DNA from: an uncultured candidate division Zixibacteria bacterium
GTDB taxonomy: Bacteria; Zixibacteria; MSB-5A5; GN15; FEB-12
NCBI GenBank assembly: GCA_963806185.1
Contig: CAWDXE010000007.1
Span: forward strand, 864,001 to 928,000
Length of the DNA: 64,000 nt
Direction: 5' to 3'
Shown here piece after piece: positions 26,522 through 38,802 of the stretch (position 1 is the stretch's first letter; each line of letters starts with the position of its first letter). Both the position numbers and the translations under genes were made by a program. The notes beneath the pieces are model-generated. The model was not told the DNA's origin. It made no database searches and saw only the letters and a program-made list of their open reading frames with translations.

Positions 26522-26723
26522 GGGGGATGGGACTCGCTCAAGGCGGGGGTGACATTGGGCAGAGGAGACAGTTAACCGGAAAACTGCTTGCTTCTGACCG
26601 CCAAAACGGTAAGTTTACCGTCTTACGTCATCAGCCGGGCGACCGGCGAAATGTCGAAGTAAGCAGAACCTCAGCAAGGACTTAGATCGACCCCGCCGTC
26701 GATCAACACAAGGGACCAAGACA

Positions 26724-28533
<1,810 letters not shown>

Positions 28534-28541
28534 GAAGGACA

Positions 28542-28990
28542 ATGGCTCTAGAGACAAAAGATCAAGTTCGGGAACTTGTTGGAATTGCCGCTCTCGCACG
28601 AGGGGTTTGAGTTGGCGGATATCGTGTTATCGCGATACCGGACTCAGGTGACCCTGCGGCTGTTTGTGTACGGCAAGAATGGGGTGACGCTGGCCGACTG
28701 TGCGCCATTTGTCGCACGTGGTCGGGAACTTAATTGACGGAACGGACCTTTTTCAGAAGGGATACACCCTTGAGGTGTCCTCTCCCGGTCTCGACCGACC
28801 GCTCAAGACCGCCCGCGATTTCGCGTATCGCATCGGTGAGACGGTGACGGTTCAGTTCGTTGATCCCAAGCGCAAGAAGCTGACCGCCAAGTTGGTCGAG
28901 GTGTCAGGGAGCAGTGTGGAGCTGTCGGACAAGGATCAGACAGTGATGCTCGATCTGGCGGAGATCGTACAGGCGAAAATAGTTATTTAA
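28542..28990 (+). CDS. rimP: Ribosome maturation factor RimP; 2 apparent frameshifts (near 28580 and 28704)
   Basis: GFELADI...LRLFV...GVTLADC..LS...YTLEVSSPGLDRPL; position before nusA. Confidence 0.9.
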
Positions 28991-29005
28991 GGGAGTGAGC
29001 AGGAA

Positions 29006-30484
29006 ATGCCGTTCGACATGATGGAAGCCATGACGATGATTGCTCGAGAGAAGAACATCGACTTCGATGAAGTCGTGGAGACGCTCGAGACCAGTCTTCT
29101 GGCGGCCGCGAAGAAGAAGTATCCGAATACCGACAACATCTCGTTCAAGTTCGACAAAAAGAACAACGAGTTGTTCATGATCGCGACGAAAAAGGTGGTG
29201 GAATCGGTGACGGATCCGACGGCGGAGATCGGCGTTGCCGAGGCCAAGGAAATCGACAAGACGTCGGCCATCGGTGACGATCTGGAAATCTATCTTGATT
29301 ACGAGAAGGAATTCGGGCGCAACGCGATCGCGTCGGCCAAGCAGATTCTGATCCAGAAGATTCGCGAGGCGGAACACGAGCGGATCTACGCCGAGTTTAT
29401 CGACAAGGTGGGGACGCTGGTGTCGGGTGTCGTGCAGCAGATCGACAAGGGGAATGTGATTGTCAATCTGGGGCGGGGCGAGGGAGTGCTGCCGGTGAAG
29501 GAGCAGATTCCGCGCGAGAAATTCCGTCAGGGCGACCGGGTGCGGGCGTTCATTGCCGACGTGCAGAAGACGCCGCGCGGCCCGCAGATTACGCTGTCGC
29601 GCGTGAACAACGATTTCCTCAAGGCGCTGTTTGCGATCGAAGTGCCGGAGATTTACGAGAAAATCATCGAGATCAAGGCGATTGCCCGCGAGCCCGGGGA
29701 ACGGGCGAAGATTGCCGTGTATTCGTCGGATGAGCGGATCGATCCGGTGGGCGCGTGCGTGGGAATCAAGGGCGTGCGCGTGCAGTCGATCGTACGTGAG
29801 TTAAACAACGAGCGGATCGATATCGTGCCGTATTCAGGCAATTCGGAATTGTTCGTGACGCGGGCGCTGGCGCCGGCCAAGGTCGTCAAGATCGAGGCGT
29901 CCGACGACGAGCCGAAGATGACCGTGATGGTCGAAGACGACAAGCTGTCGCTGGCGATCGGCCGCAACGGCCAGAATGCGCGGTTGGCGTCGAAGCTGAC
30001 CGGCTGGAAAGTCAATATTCTCTCAGAGACGGAATACAACGACCAGAAGCGTCGTGAGGCAGAGATGCTGATGCCGGTAGGTCAGTTGGAAGGGGTGGGC
30101 GCGAAGCTTCGCGACCGCCTGACCGCGGCGGACATCACGACGGTGCAGAAGCTGGCCCAGGCCTCGGTGGAGACGCTGGTCAAGATCGAAGGAGTCGGTG
30201 AGAAGACGGCCGAGACGCTGATCGAACGGGCCAGGGCGACCGTGGTGGAGTTGGAAGCGCAGCAAAAAGTGCGCGAACAGCAGCGTAAAACGGATGCGGT
30301 GAATGACGCCGAGCCGGACAAACTTACCGCGGCTGATATTTTTGAGACGGAGAAGGAATTTGTCGGCGACGGTGAAGATATTCCGGAAGTCGGGAAGCCG
30401 GACGGCGCTGACGAAATTGAAGGTGACGATGATGATGTTGCCGAGGGTCCGGAAGCAGAAGAGGGCGAGGACGCTCGCAAATAA
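29006..30484 (+). CDS. nusA: Transcription factor NusA
   Basis: FGRNAIASAKQ, S1 domain, AREPGERAKIAV, DPVGACVG, LAIGRNGQNARLASKLTGW; acidic tail. Confidence 0.97.
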   Translation: MPFDMMEAMTMIAREKNIDFDEVVETLETSLLAAAKKKYPNTDNISFKFDKKNNELFMIATKKVVESVTDPTAEIGVAEAKEIDKTSAIGDDLEIYLDYEKEFGRNAIASAKQILIQKIREAEHERIYAEFIDKVGTLVSGVVQQIDKGNVIVNLGRGEGVLPVKEQIPREKFRQGDRVRAFIADVQKTPRGPQITLSRVNNDFLKALFAIEVPEIYEKIIEIKAIAREPGERAKIAVYSSDERIDPVGACVGIKGVRVQSIVRELNNERIDIVPYSGNSELFVTRALAPAKVVKIEASDDEPKMTVMVEDDKLSLAIGRNGQNARLASKLTGWKVNILSETEYNDQKRREAEMLMPVGQLEGVGAKLRDRLTAADITTVQKLAQASVETLVKIEGVGEKTAETLIERARATVVELEAQQKVREQQRKTDAVNDAEPDKLTAADIFETEKEFVGDGEDIPEVGKPDGADEIEGDDDDVAEGPEAEEGEDARK

Positions 30485-30535
30485 TCATACGCGCCGCGCC
30501 CTAGTGCGCGCGAGCCGTAAAGGAGGTGATCGCTG

Positions 30536-32994
30536 ATGGCAGGAAAGCCGAAAAGACTCTACGAGATAGCGAAGGAATTCAAGATTTCATCGCAGGCGAT
30601 CATGGCGGTTTTGGCGGAACAGAATTTCCATCCGAAGTCGCACATGTCGCTGGCGACGCCGGAGATGATTGCGGCGGTCAACATGAAGATAGCGCGCGAC
30701 CGTCAGGCTGCAAAGCTGCAGATGGAGCAGAAACAGCAACAGCAGCAACAGCAAGCGCAGCAGCAACGCCAACGTGCCCAGCAGAGCGGCCAGCAGCAAG
30801 GCGGCGGATATCGCGGTCCGCAGGGCGGACAACAAGGCGGCGGATACCGTGGTCCGCAGGGCGGACAGCAGGGCGGCGGATACCGTGGTCCGCAGGGCGG
30901 ACAGCAGGGCGGTGGGTATCGTGGGCCGCAACAACAGCAGCCTCCTCGCACTCCGGCGGCCGGGACAGTCCCGGGCCAGCCGTTGCCGACCGGCGGCACG
31001 ACATTCGGCGGCTTCAAGGTCTCCGGACCGTCTACCATGGTGGCGGGCGTCGTACGCAAGCTGGAAAAGAAGAAAAAGAAGAAGGACCGTCGCAAGAAAA
31101 AGGACCGTCGCGATATCGATCTGGATCAGGTGCAGAAGCAATTCAAGACGACGATGGCCAATCTCGGTTCGGCCAAGTTGCCGACAAAAAAGCGGGTCAA
31201 GCGACATCCGGGCGAAGCGGCAACGGCCGAGGAAGAAGCCACAAATACTATCCAGGTCAACGAATTTATTTCGGTGTCTGAGCTCTCAAAGTTGATGGGG
31301 GTGAAGGCGGTTGAAGTCATCGCGAAGCTGTTCGAGATGGGTATGATGGCGACGATCAACCAGCGTCTGGACATGGACACGATTCAGACGGTGGCGGGCG
31401 AATTCGGGTTTGACGCTCAACAGGCGGCCGAAGTGGGCGAAGTGGCACGCCAGGAGGAGCACGTTGAAGAGCGGGTTACGCGCGCACCGGTCGTCACGAT
31501 CATGGGGCATGTCGATCACGGCAAGACGTCGCTGCTCGATTACATTCGCAAATCAAATGTGGTGGGCGGCGAAGCGGGCGCCATCACGCAGCATATCGGG
31601 GCCTATGACGTGGTTCACAAGGGTGACCGCGTTGTGTTTCTGGATACGCCGGGCCACGAGGCATTCACCGCGATGCGCGCACGCGGGACGCAGTTGACGG
31701 ATATCGTCATTCTGGTGGTCGCGGCCGACGAAGGAGTGATGCCGCAGACGGTGGAGGCGATCGATCACGCTCGCGCGGCCAATGTACCGATAGTTGTCGC
31801 CGATGTCCAAGATTGACAAGCCGGGCGCGCGGGCGGATGAAGTGCGCACGCAATTGTCGAAGCACAACCTGCTGCCCGAGGAATGGGGCGGCAAGACGAT
31901 TGTGGTGGAGATTTCGGCCAAGTCGGGACTGGGTGTGGACAAGCTGCTGGATATGATACTCCTGCAGGCGCAGATGATGGATCTGAAGGCGGATCCGACG
32001 ATCCGGGCCCAGGGCGTCGTAGTTGACGCGCGGCTGGAGCGGGGCCGTGGTCCGGTGGCTACCGTGTTGATACAGAAGGGAACCTGCCGGATCGGCGATC
32101 CGATCGTGGCGGGCCTGCACAGCGGCCGCATCCGGACGTTGACGAATGATCGCGATCAGCGGCTGGATCTGGCGATGCCGTCGACGCCGGTGCAGATTAC
32201 CGGTCTGGTCGGGTGTTCCGGCGGCCGGAGACACGTTCCTGGCGGTGAAAGACGACCAGGAGGCCAAGGAGATCACGCTCAAACGGGGTCAGCTCAAACG
32301 TGAGTATGATGCCCGCCGGCCGCAGGGCGGCGTGACGCTGGAGCGCATTTTCGATCAGATCCAGGAGGGTCAGATCAAGGAGGTGCGCATGGTGATCAAG
32401 GCGGACGTGGACGGTTCGGTAGGTGTGTTGTCTGATACGCTGGGCAAGATCCAGACCGCCGAGGTGAAGACGAACATCATCCGTCAGGGTGTGGGCGCCA
32501 TCACCGAGTCGGACGTGCTTCTGGCGGCGGCGTCGGACGCGATCATCATCGGATTCCAGGTCGGGGCCGACACGCGGGCGCGCGAAGTGGCGCGTCGCGA
32601 GAAGGTCGACATGCGCTTCTACGACATCATTTACGAGGCCGAAGAAGACGTGCGGAAGGCGCTGGAAGGTCTGTTGACGCCAACGCAGGAAGAGAAGTTT
32701 GTCGGCATGGCCGAGGTGCGGAATACCTTCCGCGTGCCGAAAGCCGGCGTAATTGCCGGTTGTTATGTGAAGGAAGGGCGCATCAATCGCAAGGACAAAG
32801 TGCGGCTGATGCGTGACGGCAAGCTGGTTTATACCGGCATCGTATCCTCGCTGAAGCGGTTCAAAGACGACGCCCGCGAGGTAAAGGAAGGATTCGAGTG
32901 CGGGATAGGCATAGAGAATTTCAACGACATCAAGGTCGGCGATCAGATCGAGGCATTTGAAATCGTTGAAGTGGCCCGCACGCTCTCGACTTGA
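30536..32994 (+). CDS. infB: Translation initiation factor IF-2; frameshifts near 31803 and 32210
   Basis: [75 protein letters not shown]. Confidence 0.97.
30794..30931 (+). repeat. Coding tandem repeat, about 4 x 36 nt ([12 protein letters not shown]) within infB
   Basis: Repeat units differ mainly at synonymous positions. Confidence 0.9.
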
Positions 32995-33068
32995 ACAAGG
33001 ACATATCGACAGGGCTGCCTTGCGACACCGGGCGCCATCGACAGACTGTTGCAGGAAGGATGGCAGCC

Positions 33069-33425
33069 ATGAAGGGGTATAAACGATCAGATCGTCTCGG
33101 CGAGCAGATGTTGCGCGACATTTCGCAACTGCTCGACGCCGAGTTGAAGGATAATCTCTCGGGATTGGTGACGTTTACGGCGGTCCGGCTGACCGACGAT
33201 CTTCGTACCGCGAAGGTGTACTACTCGTATCTCGGTGATGAGAAGATGCGGGACAAGGTGGCCGCGTATCTTGATTCGGTGAAGAAGCGCGTGCGCGGCG
33301 AAGTAGGACGGCACATGAAAGTGCGCCACATACCGGAGTTAGTTTTTGCGTTTGATCCGTCGATCGAGCGAGGGATCAGGATAGAGCAATTGCTCAATGA
33401 GATCAACAAGGAACCAAAGCAGTAG
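33069..33425 (+). CDS. rbfA: Ribosome-binding factor A
   Basis: KRSDRLGEQM...VTFTAVRLTDDLRTAKVY...VRHIPELVFAFDPSIERG.RIEQLL. Confidence 0.95.
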   Translation: MKGYKRSDRLGEQMLRDISQLLDAELKDNLSGLVTFTAVRLTDDLRTAKVYYSYLGDEKMRDKVAAYLDSVKKRVRGEVGRHMKVRHIPELVFAFDPSIERGIRIEQLLNEINKEPKQ

Positions 33426-34425
33426 TTTGTTGCGGGAAACAAGTCAGCCGCCGGCGCAGGAGATTCGTTCGCTGATCGAGGCGGCAAAGATCGTGTTGGT
33501 GGTATCGCATATCGATCCGGACGGCGACGCGCTGGGGACAACGCTGGCGTTTGGACAGTATTTGAAGGATATCGGCAAGACGGTGTACATGGTGCGCGAT
33601 TCGATGATCCCGGACAAGTACCGGTTTCTGCCGGGCGCACAGGATCTGCCGATGGCGAAGACGTATTTTGACGCGCCGCGTCCCGACGTGGCCGTGATTC
33701 TGGAGTGCCCGACTCTGTCGCGGATGGGGTCGGCCAGCAAGCTTCTGGGGGAGCAGACGACACTCATCAATATCGACCATCACCGGGACAACGGCGAATT
33801 CGGCCGGGTCAACTGGATCGACGTGACGTCGTCGTCGGTTGGACAGATGGTGTACGAGTATTTTGAGCAGGTGGGGTACGAATTGTCCGAAGCGACGGCG
33901 ACAAACCTGTATGCGGCGCTCCTGACCGATACGGGACGTTTTCGTTACGGTACGACCACCGCGCGGACGTTTGCGATCGCCAGTGAATTGGTGCGGCGGG
34001 GAGCCGACGTACGCGATGTTTGTGACAAGATTTATTATAGTCGGCAACCGTCGGCAATGAAATTGACCGGCAAGGTGCTGAGCAGCCTCGAGTATCATCT
34101 GGGCGGAAAGATATGCCTGCTTTTCCTGACGAAGGAGATGCTGGCGACATCGAAGGCGCACGAGTCGGAGTCGGACGGTCTGGTGGATTTTACCCTGTAT
34201 ACCAAGGGGGTGGTCACCGGAGCACTGCTTAAGGAGGTCGACGAGGAGCGGACGAAAGTATCGTTCCGTTCGGCCAATGGGGTCAACGTTTCGGAGATAG
34301 CCGGGCGATTCGGCGGGGGCGGCCATTTTAATGCGGCCGGTTGCACGATACCGATGGGGATGCCGGAGGCACGTGCGGAGGTCATCAAGATTCTTACTGA
34401 GGCATATCATGCGTTGGGACGATAG
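33397..34425 (+). CDS. nrnA: DHH/DHHA1 phosphoesterase (NrnA-like oligoribonuclease/pAp phosphatase)
   Basis: SHIDPDGDALG, NIDHH, LLTDTGRF, KVSFRS, FGGGGHFNAAG; exact start uncertain. Confidence 0.9.
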   Translation: MRSTRNQSSSLLRETSQPPAQEIRSLIEAAKIVLVVSHIDPDGDALGTTLAFGQYLKDIGKTVYMVRDSMIPDKYRFLPGAQDLPMAKTYFDAPRPDVAVILECPTLSRMGSASKLLGEQTTLINIDHHRDNGEFGRVNWIDVTSSSVGQMVYEYFEQVGYELSEATATNLYAALLTDTGRFRYGTTTARTFAIASELVRRGADVRDVCDKIYYSRQPSAMKLTGKVLSSLEYHLGGKICLLFLTKEMLATSKAHESESDGLVDFTLYTKGVVTGALLKEVDEERTKVSFRSANGVNVSEIAGRFGGGGHFNAAGCTIPMGMPEARAEVIKILTEAYHALGR

Positions 34426-35356
34426 ATACCACGGCCTGCTGCTCATGCACAAGCCGATCGGGTGGTCGAGCCACGATCTCGTGGCGAAGGTGCGCGGGAT
34501 CACCGGGCAGCGGTCGATTGGTCATACCGGGACACTGGATCCGTTGGCCGACGGATTGCTGATCCTTTGCCTGGGCAAGGCAACGCGGCTGGCGCAGTTC
34601 ATGGAAGCACTCGACAAGACGTATGTCGCGAAGGTGCGACTGGGTATAACGTCGAGTACGTTTGACGCGGAGGGGATTTCTCCCGACACGGCGCCAAACG
34701 AGATTCCGGCGTTGGACCGTGAGTCACTGGAAGGCGTGCTGGGGCAATTCGTGGGTGAGTTGCGTCAGCAGGTGCCGGCCTTTTCCGCAGTGCAGGTGAA
34801 TGGTCGCCGGTTATACGAGATGGCGCGACGGGGCGAACGAATTGACGTACCAACGCGATCGATAAATATCTCGCGCATAGAGCTTGTCGAGTATACCGAG
34901 CCGGACCTGACGATCGAGGTATCCTGTTCCAAAGGGACGTATATACGCGCACTGGCTCACGACATCGGCCAGGCGCTGGGCTGCGGGGCGTATCTGGCCG
35001 GGTTGACACGGACCCGGATCGGCGGCTACACACTGGACAATGCGCTTACCTGGGAGGAGTTGGACCGGCTCAGCGATGCTGAGGCGATACATCAATTGCT
35101 GGTGCCGCTCGCTGACGTGCTGGCATTCAGTTCGATTCACGTGACCGATCAGTTCTGCGCGATGGTGTCGCACGGAAGGTCGCCGGCCTCGAACGACGTG
35201 CAGACAGTGAGTGGATCATTTCGACCGGGCGACCGAGTGACCATCAAAAATGCGCAGGGGGAACTGCTGGCCGTGGGGACAGCGCGGGTGAGTTCCGACG
35301 ACATGGACCGGCTGTCGCCTCAGCCATTGATTGACTACGTGAGAGTGCTGGCATGA
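34409..35356 (+). CDS. truB: tRNA pseudouridine(55) synthase
   Basis: KPIGWSSHDLV, GHTGTLDPLADG, QVPAFSAVQVNGRRLYEMAR, CSKGTYIRAL. Confidence 0.95.
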   Translation: MRWDDRYHGLLLMHKPIGWSSHDLVAKVRGITGQRSIGHTGTLDPLADGLLILCLGKATRLAQFMEALDKTYVAKVRLGITSSTFDAEGISPDTAPNEIPALDRESLEGVLGQFVGELRQQVPAFSAVQVNGRRLYEMARRGERIDVPTRSINISRIELVEYTEPDLTIEVSCSKGTYIRALAHDIGQALGCGAYLAGLTRTRIGGYTLDNALTWEELDRLSDAEAIHQLLVPLADVLAFSSIHVTDQFCAMVSHGRSPASNDVQTVSGSFRPGDRVTIKNAQGELLAVGTARVSSDDMDRLSPQPLIDYVRVLA

Positions 35357-36309
35357 CCACGCGTTTCGTACGTGGCCTCGAGCATTTTGAGCGTACGTCC
35401 GGCGAGCGGACCGTGGTGACGATCGGCAGTTTTGACGGCCTGCACCTCGGTCATATGGAAATTCTTCGACGGGTGCACGACGAAGCGGCGCGAATGGGTT
35501 TGCAGTGCGTGCTGGTGACGTTTCATCCGCACCCGCGCCAGGTGGTGAATCCAGGGCAGGCGCCACAACTGCTGACGACGGTTGAGGAGAAGGAAATCTT
35601 TCTGCCGCGGCACTTTGACGGTGACGTGGTGGTGTTGACGTTTGACGAGCGGTTGAAGAATCTGACGGCCGAGGAGTTTGTCCGGAGTATTCTGGTGGAC
35701 CGGATAGGGGTAAAGAAGCTGATTGTCGGCTATGATCACGCGTTCGGCAGGAATCGCAGCGGTACGGTGGCCGAGCTGGAGCGACTGGGAAAATTGCTTG
35801 ATTACGACGTGGAAGTGGTCGGTCCGGTGATCTGTGACGGGCATCCGGTTTCGTCCACGCGCATACGCAAGGCGCTGACGGACGGAAAAGCGCTGGAGGA
35901 GGGCCTGCACATGCTCGGCCACGATTACGCGATAGTCGGCACGGTGGTGCGAGGAATGGGCCTGGGGCGCAAGCTGGGGTATCCGACGGCCAACGTGCGG
36001 TATTATGACAACAAGCTGCTTCCGGAAATGGGCGTGTACGCCTGCCGGGTGCAGGTGGCCGGGCTGGAGCGAGCGGGGATGATGTTTATCGGGGTGAATC
36101 ATTTCAATCCGGCGGAGAGCTTCACGGTGGAGGCAAACCTGTTCGATTTTGATCAGGACATCTACGATGAGCGGATCATCGTGTATCCCACGAAGTATAT
36201 CCGCGAGAGCCGGCGCTTTCTCACGACCGATGCGCTGGTGGTACAGATGGGTGAAGACAAGAAGAATGTTTGGAATTACGTACATAAAGGAGAAAGAGCA
36301 TGTCAGTAA
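35353..36309 (+). CDS. ribF: Bifunctional riboflavin kinase/FAD synthetase
   Basis: [49 protein letters not shown]. Confidence 0.96.
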   Translation: MTTRFVRGLEHFERTSGERTVVTIGSFDGLHLGHMEILRRVHDEAARMGLQCVLVTFHPHPRQVVNPGQAPQLLTTVEEKEIFLPRHFDGDVVVLTFDERLKNLTAEEFVRSILVDRIGVKKLIVGYDHAFGRNRSGTVAELERLGKLLDYDVEVVGPVICDGHPVSSTRIRKALTDGKALEEGLHMLGHDYAIVGTVVRGMGLGRKLGYPTANVRYYDNKLLPEMGVYACRVQVAGLERAGMMFIGVNHFNPAESFTVEANLFDFDQDIYDERIIVYPTKYIRESRRFLTTDALVVQMGEDKKNVWNYVHKGERACQ

Positions 36310-36569
36310 CGAGAGATCAGAAGGCGGCGATCATTCTGTCGCGTCGTCTTCATGACAGCGACACGGGTTCGCCGGAGGTTCAGATCGGCCTTTTGACGGA
36401 GCGGATCAATCATTTGACGGAACACATGAAATCGCACCCGAAGGACTTTCACAGCCGTCACGGCCTGTTGAAAATGGTGGGTCAGCGGCGCCGCCTGTTG
36501 GATTATTTGAAGGATCGGGATATCGAAGGGTATCGCGATATCGTAGGCCAACTGGGCTTGAGGCGATAA
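36300..36569 (+). CDS. rpsO: 30S ribosomal protein S15
   Basis: [22 protein letters not shown]...[23 protein letters not shown]. Confidence 0.98.
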   Translation: MSVTRDQKAAIILSRRLHDSDTGSPEVQIGLLTERINHLTEHMKSHPKDFHSRHGLLKMVGQRRRLLDYLKDRDIEGYRDIVGQLGLRR

Positions 36570-36589
36570 CGGAAAAGAGAGGACAAAGA

Positions 36590-38784
36590 ATGGTTCACAA
36601 AGTTGAACTGGAAATAGGTGGCCGACTGCTCACGATTGAGACCGGCAAGATGGCCAAGCAGGCCAACGGCGCGGTGATGGTTCGCTATGCCGATTCGATG
36701 GTGATTTCGACGGTATGCGCGACGCCCGAGCCGCGCGAAGGACAGGATTTCTTCCCGTTGACGGTTGAGTACCGGGAGAAATCGTATGCCGCGGGAAAGA
36801 TTCCCGGCGGATTTTTCAAACGCGAAGGGCGGCCGTCGGAGAAGGAAATCCTGTCGGCGCGTATTATCGATCGCCCGATCCGCCCGCTGTTCCCCGAGGA
36901 TTTCAAGGGGGATACGCAGTGTATCACATACGTCGTATCGCACGATCAGCAGAATGACACGGATATTCTCGGACTGATCGGCACGGCGGCGTCGCTGGCT
37001 ATTTCCGATGTGCCGTTCCAGCATATTCTCGCCGGAGTGCGTGTGGGACGAATTGACGGGCAGTTGGTGATCAACCCGTTGATCCCGCAGATGGACGAGT
37101 GTGACATTTACCTGACGATCGCCGGAACTGCGGACAGTATCTCGATGGTCGAAGGGGGCGGTCGCGAGATATTGGAAGATGATCTCGTCAAGGCGATGGC
37201 CTTCGGACACGACCATATCAAGCAGATCATGCGCAAAGATCGACGAGCTGGTGAAATTGGCCGGCAAGCCGAAATTCGAATACACGCCGGTCGCACAGGA
37301 TGCAGCGCTGGTAGCGCAGGGTCCGCGAGACTGGTGGGTGGTCGCCTGTCGGAATTCAATCATATTGCCGACAAGGACACGCGCCGGACCAAGAAGAAGG
37401 AGATGGAAAAGGAGCTCGCGGCGACGCTGGCAAACCGACTTTCCCGGAGCAGGGAAGAGCAATCGGCCAGGCGATTCACGATCTCGATTCCGAAGCGATG
37501 CGGAGCATGATTCTCAAGGAGAAGAAGCGCATCGACGGACGTGGACCGGATGAGATTCGCGAAATCACCTGCGAGGTCGGCGTGCTTGCCGCGCGCCCAC
37601 GGTTCGGCGCTGTTTACGCGCGGTCAGACGCAGGCGCTGGTGGCGGTGACGCTCGGCACCAAGATCGACGAGCAGCGGCTGGACGAGCTGGAAGGCGAGT
37701 CGACCAAGAGCTACATGCTGCATTACAACTTTCCGCCATTCTCGCACCGGAGAGACCAAGCCGATCCGAGGCACGAGCCGCCGGGAAATCGGTCATGGTA
37801 ACCTGGCCGAGCGGGCGCTGCTGCCGGTGATTCCGAACGAGACCAGCTTCCCGTACACGGTGCGGGTGGTGTCGGACATCATGGAGTCCAACGGTTCGTC
37901 GTCGATGGCGTCGGTCTGCGGCGCTTCGCTGTCGCTTCATGGACGCCGGCGTACCGATCAAGACGGCTATCGCGGGTATCGCGATGGGCTTGATCATGTC
38001 GACGGTCAGACGACGAAACAGGGTGTGACCGTACTGACCGATATTCTCGGCGACGAGGATCATTTCGGCGACATGGACTTCAAGGTGGCCGGTTCGAAAG
38101 ACGGCATTACGGCCGATACAGATGGATATCAAGATCAACGGGTCTGGATCTCGAGACGATGCGGATGGCGCTGGAACGGGCGCGGGTGGCGCGACTTCAT
38201 ATTCTGGGCATTATGAATGCCACGATTTCGCGTCATCGCGATCAGCTCTCGGAGTTCGCACCGCGGATTACTCACCATCAAGATCAATCCGTCGAAGATC
38301 GGCGAGGTCATTGGCCCCGGCGGCAAGATCATCCGCGCGATTGTCGAGGAGACCGGCGCGAAGATCGACATCAATGATGACGGCACGGTGCTCATCGCGT
38401 CGGTTTCGGCCGAGGCCGGGCGGGCGGCGCTGGCACGCATTGAGGCGATCGTCGAAGAGCCGGAAATCGGCCGGACGTACAACGGAATCGTTCGTCGCAC
38501 GACTGACTTCGGCGCGTTTGTCGAGATCATTCCCGGGCACCGACGGCCTGGTGCACATCTCCGAGCTGGACACGCAGCGGGTGCGCAAGGTCGAGGATAT
38601 CTGCCGGGTCGGTGACCGGATGGACGTCAAGGTCATCAATATCGACGACGACGGCAAGGTCCGGCTGTCGCGCAAGGCGCTTCTATCCGCGAGCAACGCG
38701 GGCCAACCTTCGGGCAACGGTGGCGACGATCGCGACGAGCAATCGTCGGACTCCCGTGAACGAGGGCCGCGCAATCGTGATTAG
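36590..38784 (+). CDS. pnp: Polyribonucleotide nucleotidyltransferase; many apparent frameshifts between about 37230 and 38540
   Basis: [79 protein letters not shown] (VIGPGGKII) and S1 domains. Confidence 0.95.
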
Positions 38785-38802
38785 AAAGGCGGCTTGACAG
38801 GG

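Noticed and set aside
25982..26685. ORFs of 142-200 aa with 37-aa repeats
   Set aside because: They arise from the 111-bp DNA repeat, are open in several frames on both strands and lack a synonymous-change pattern; one overlaps the tRNA
26580..26723. T-box riboswitch ahead of proS (also checked leuS)
   Set aside because: No GGTGGNACCGCG T-box motif or terminator; leaders too short
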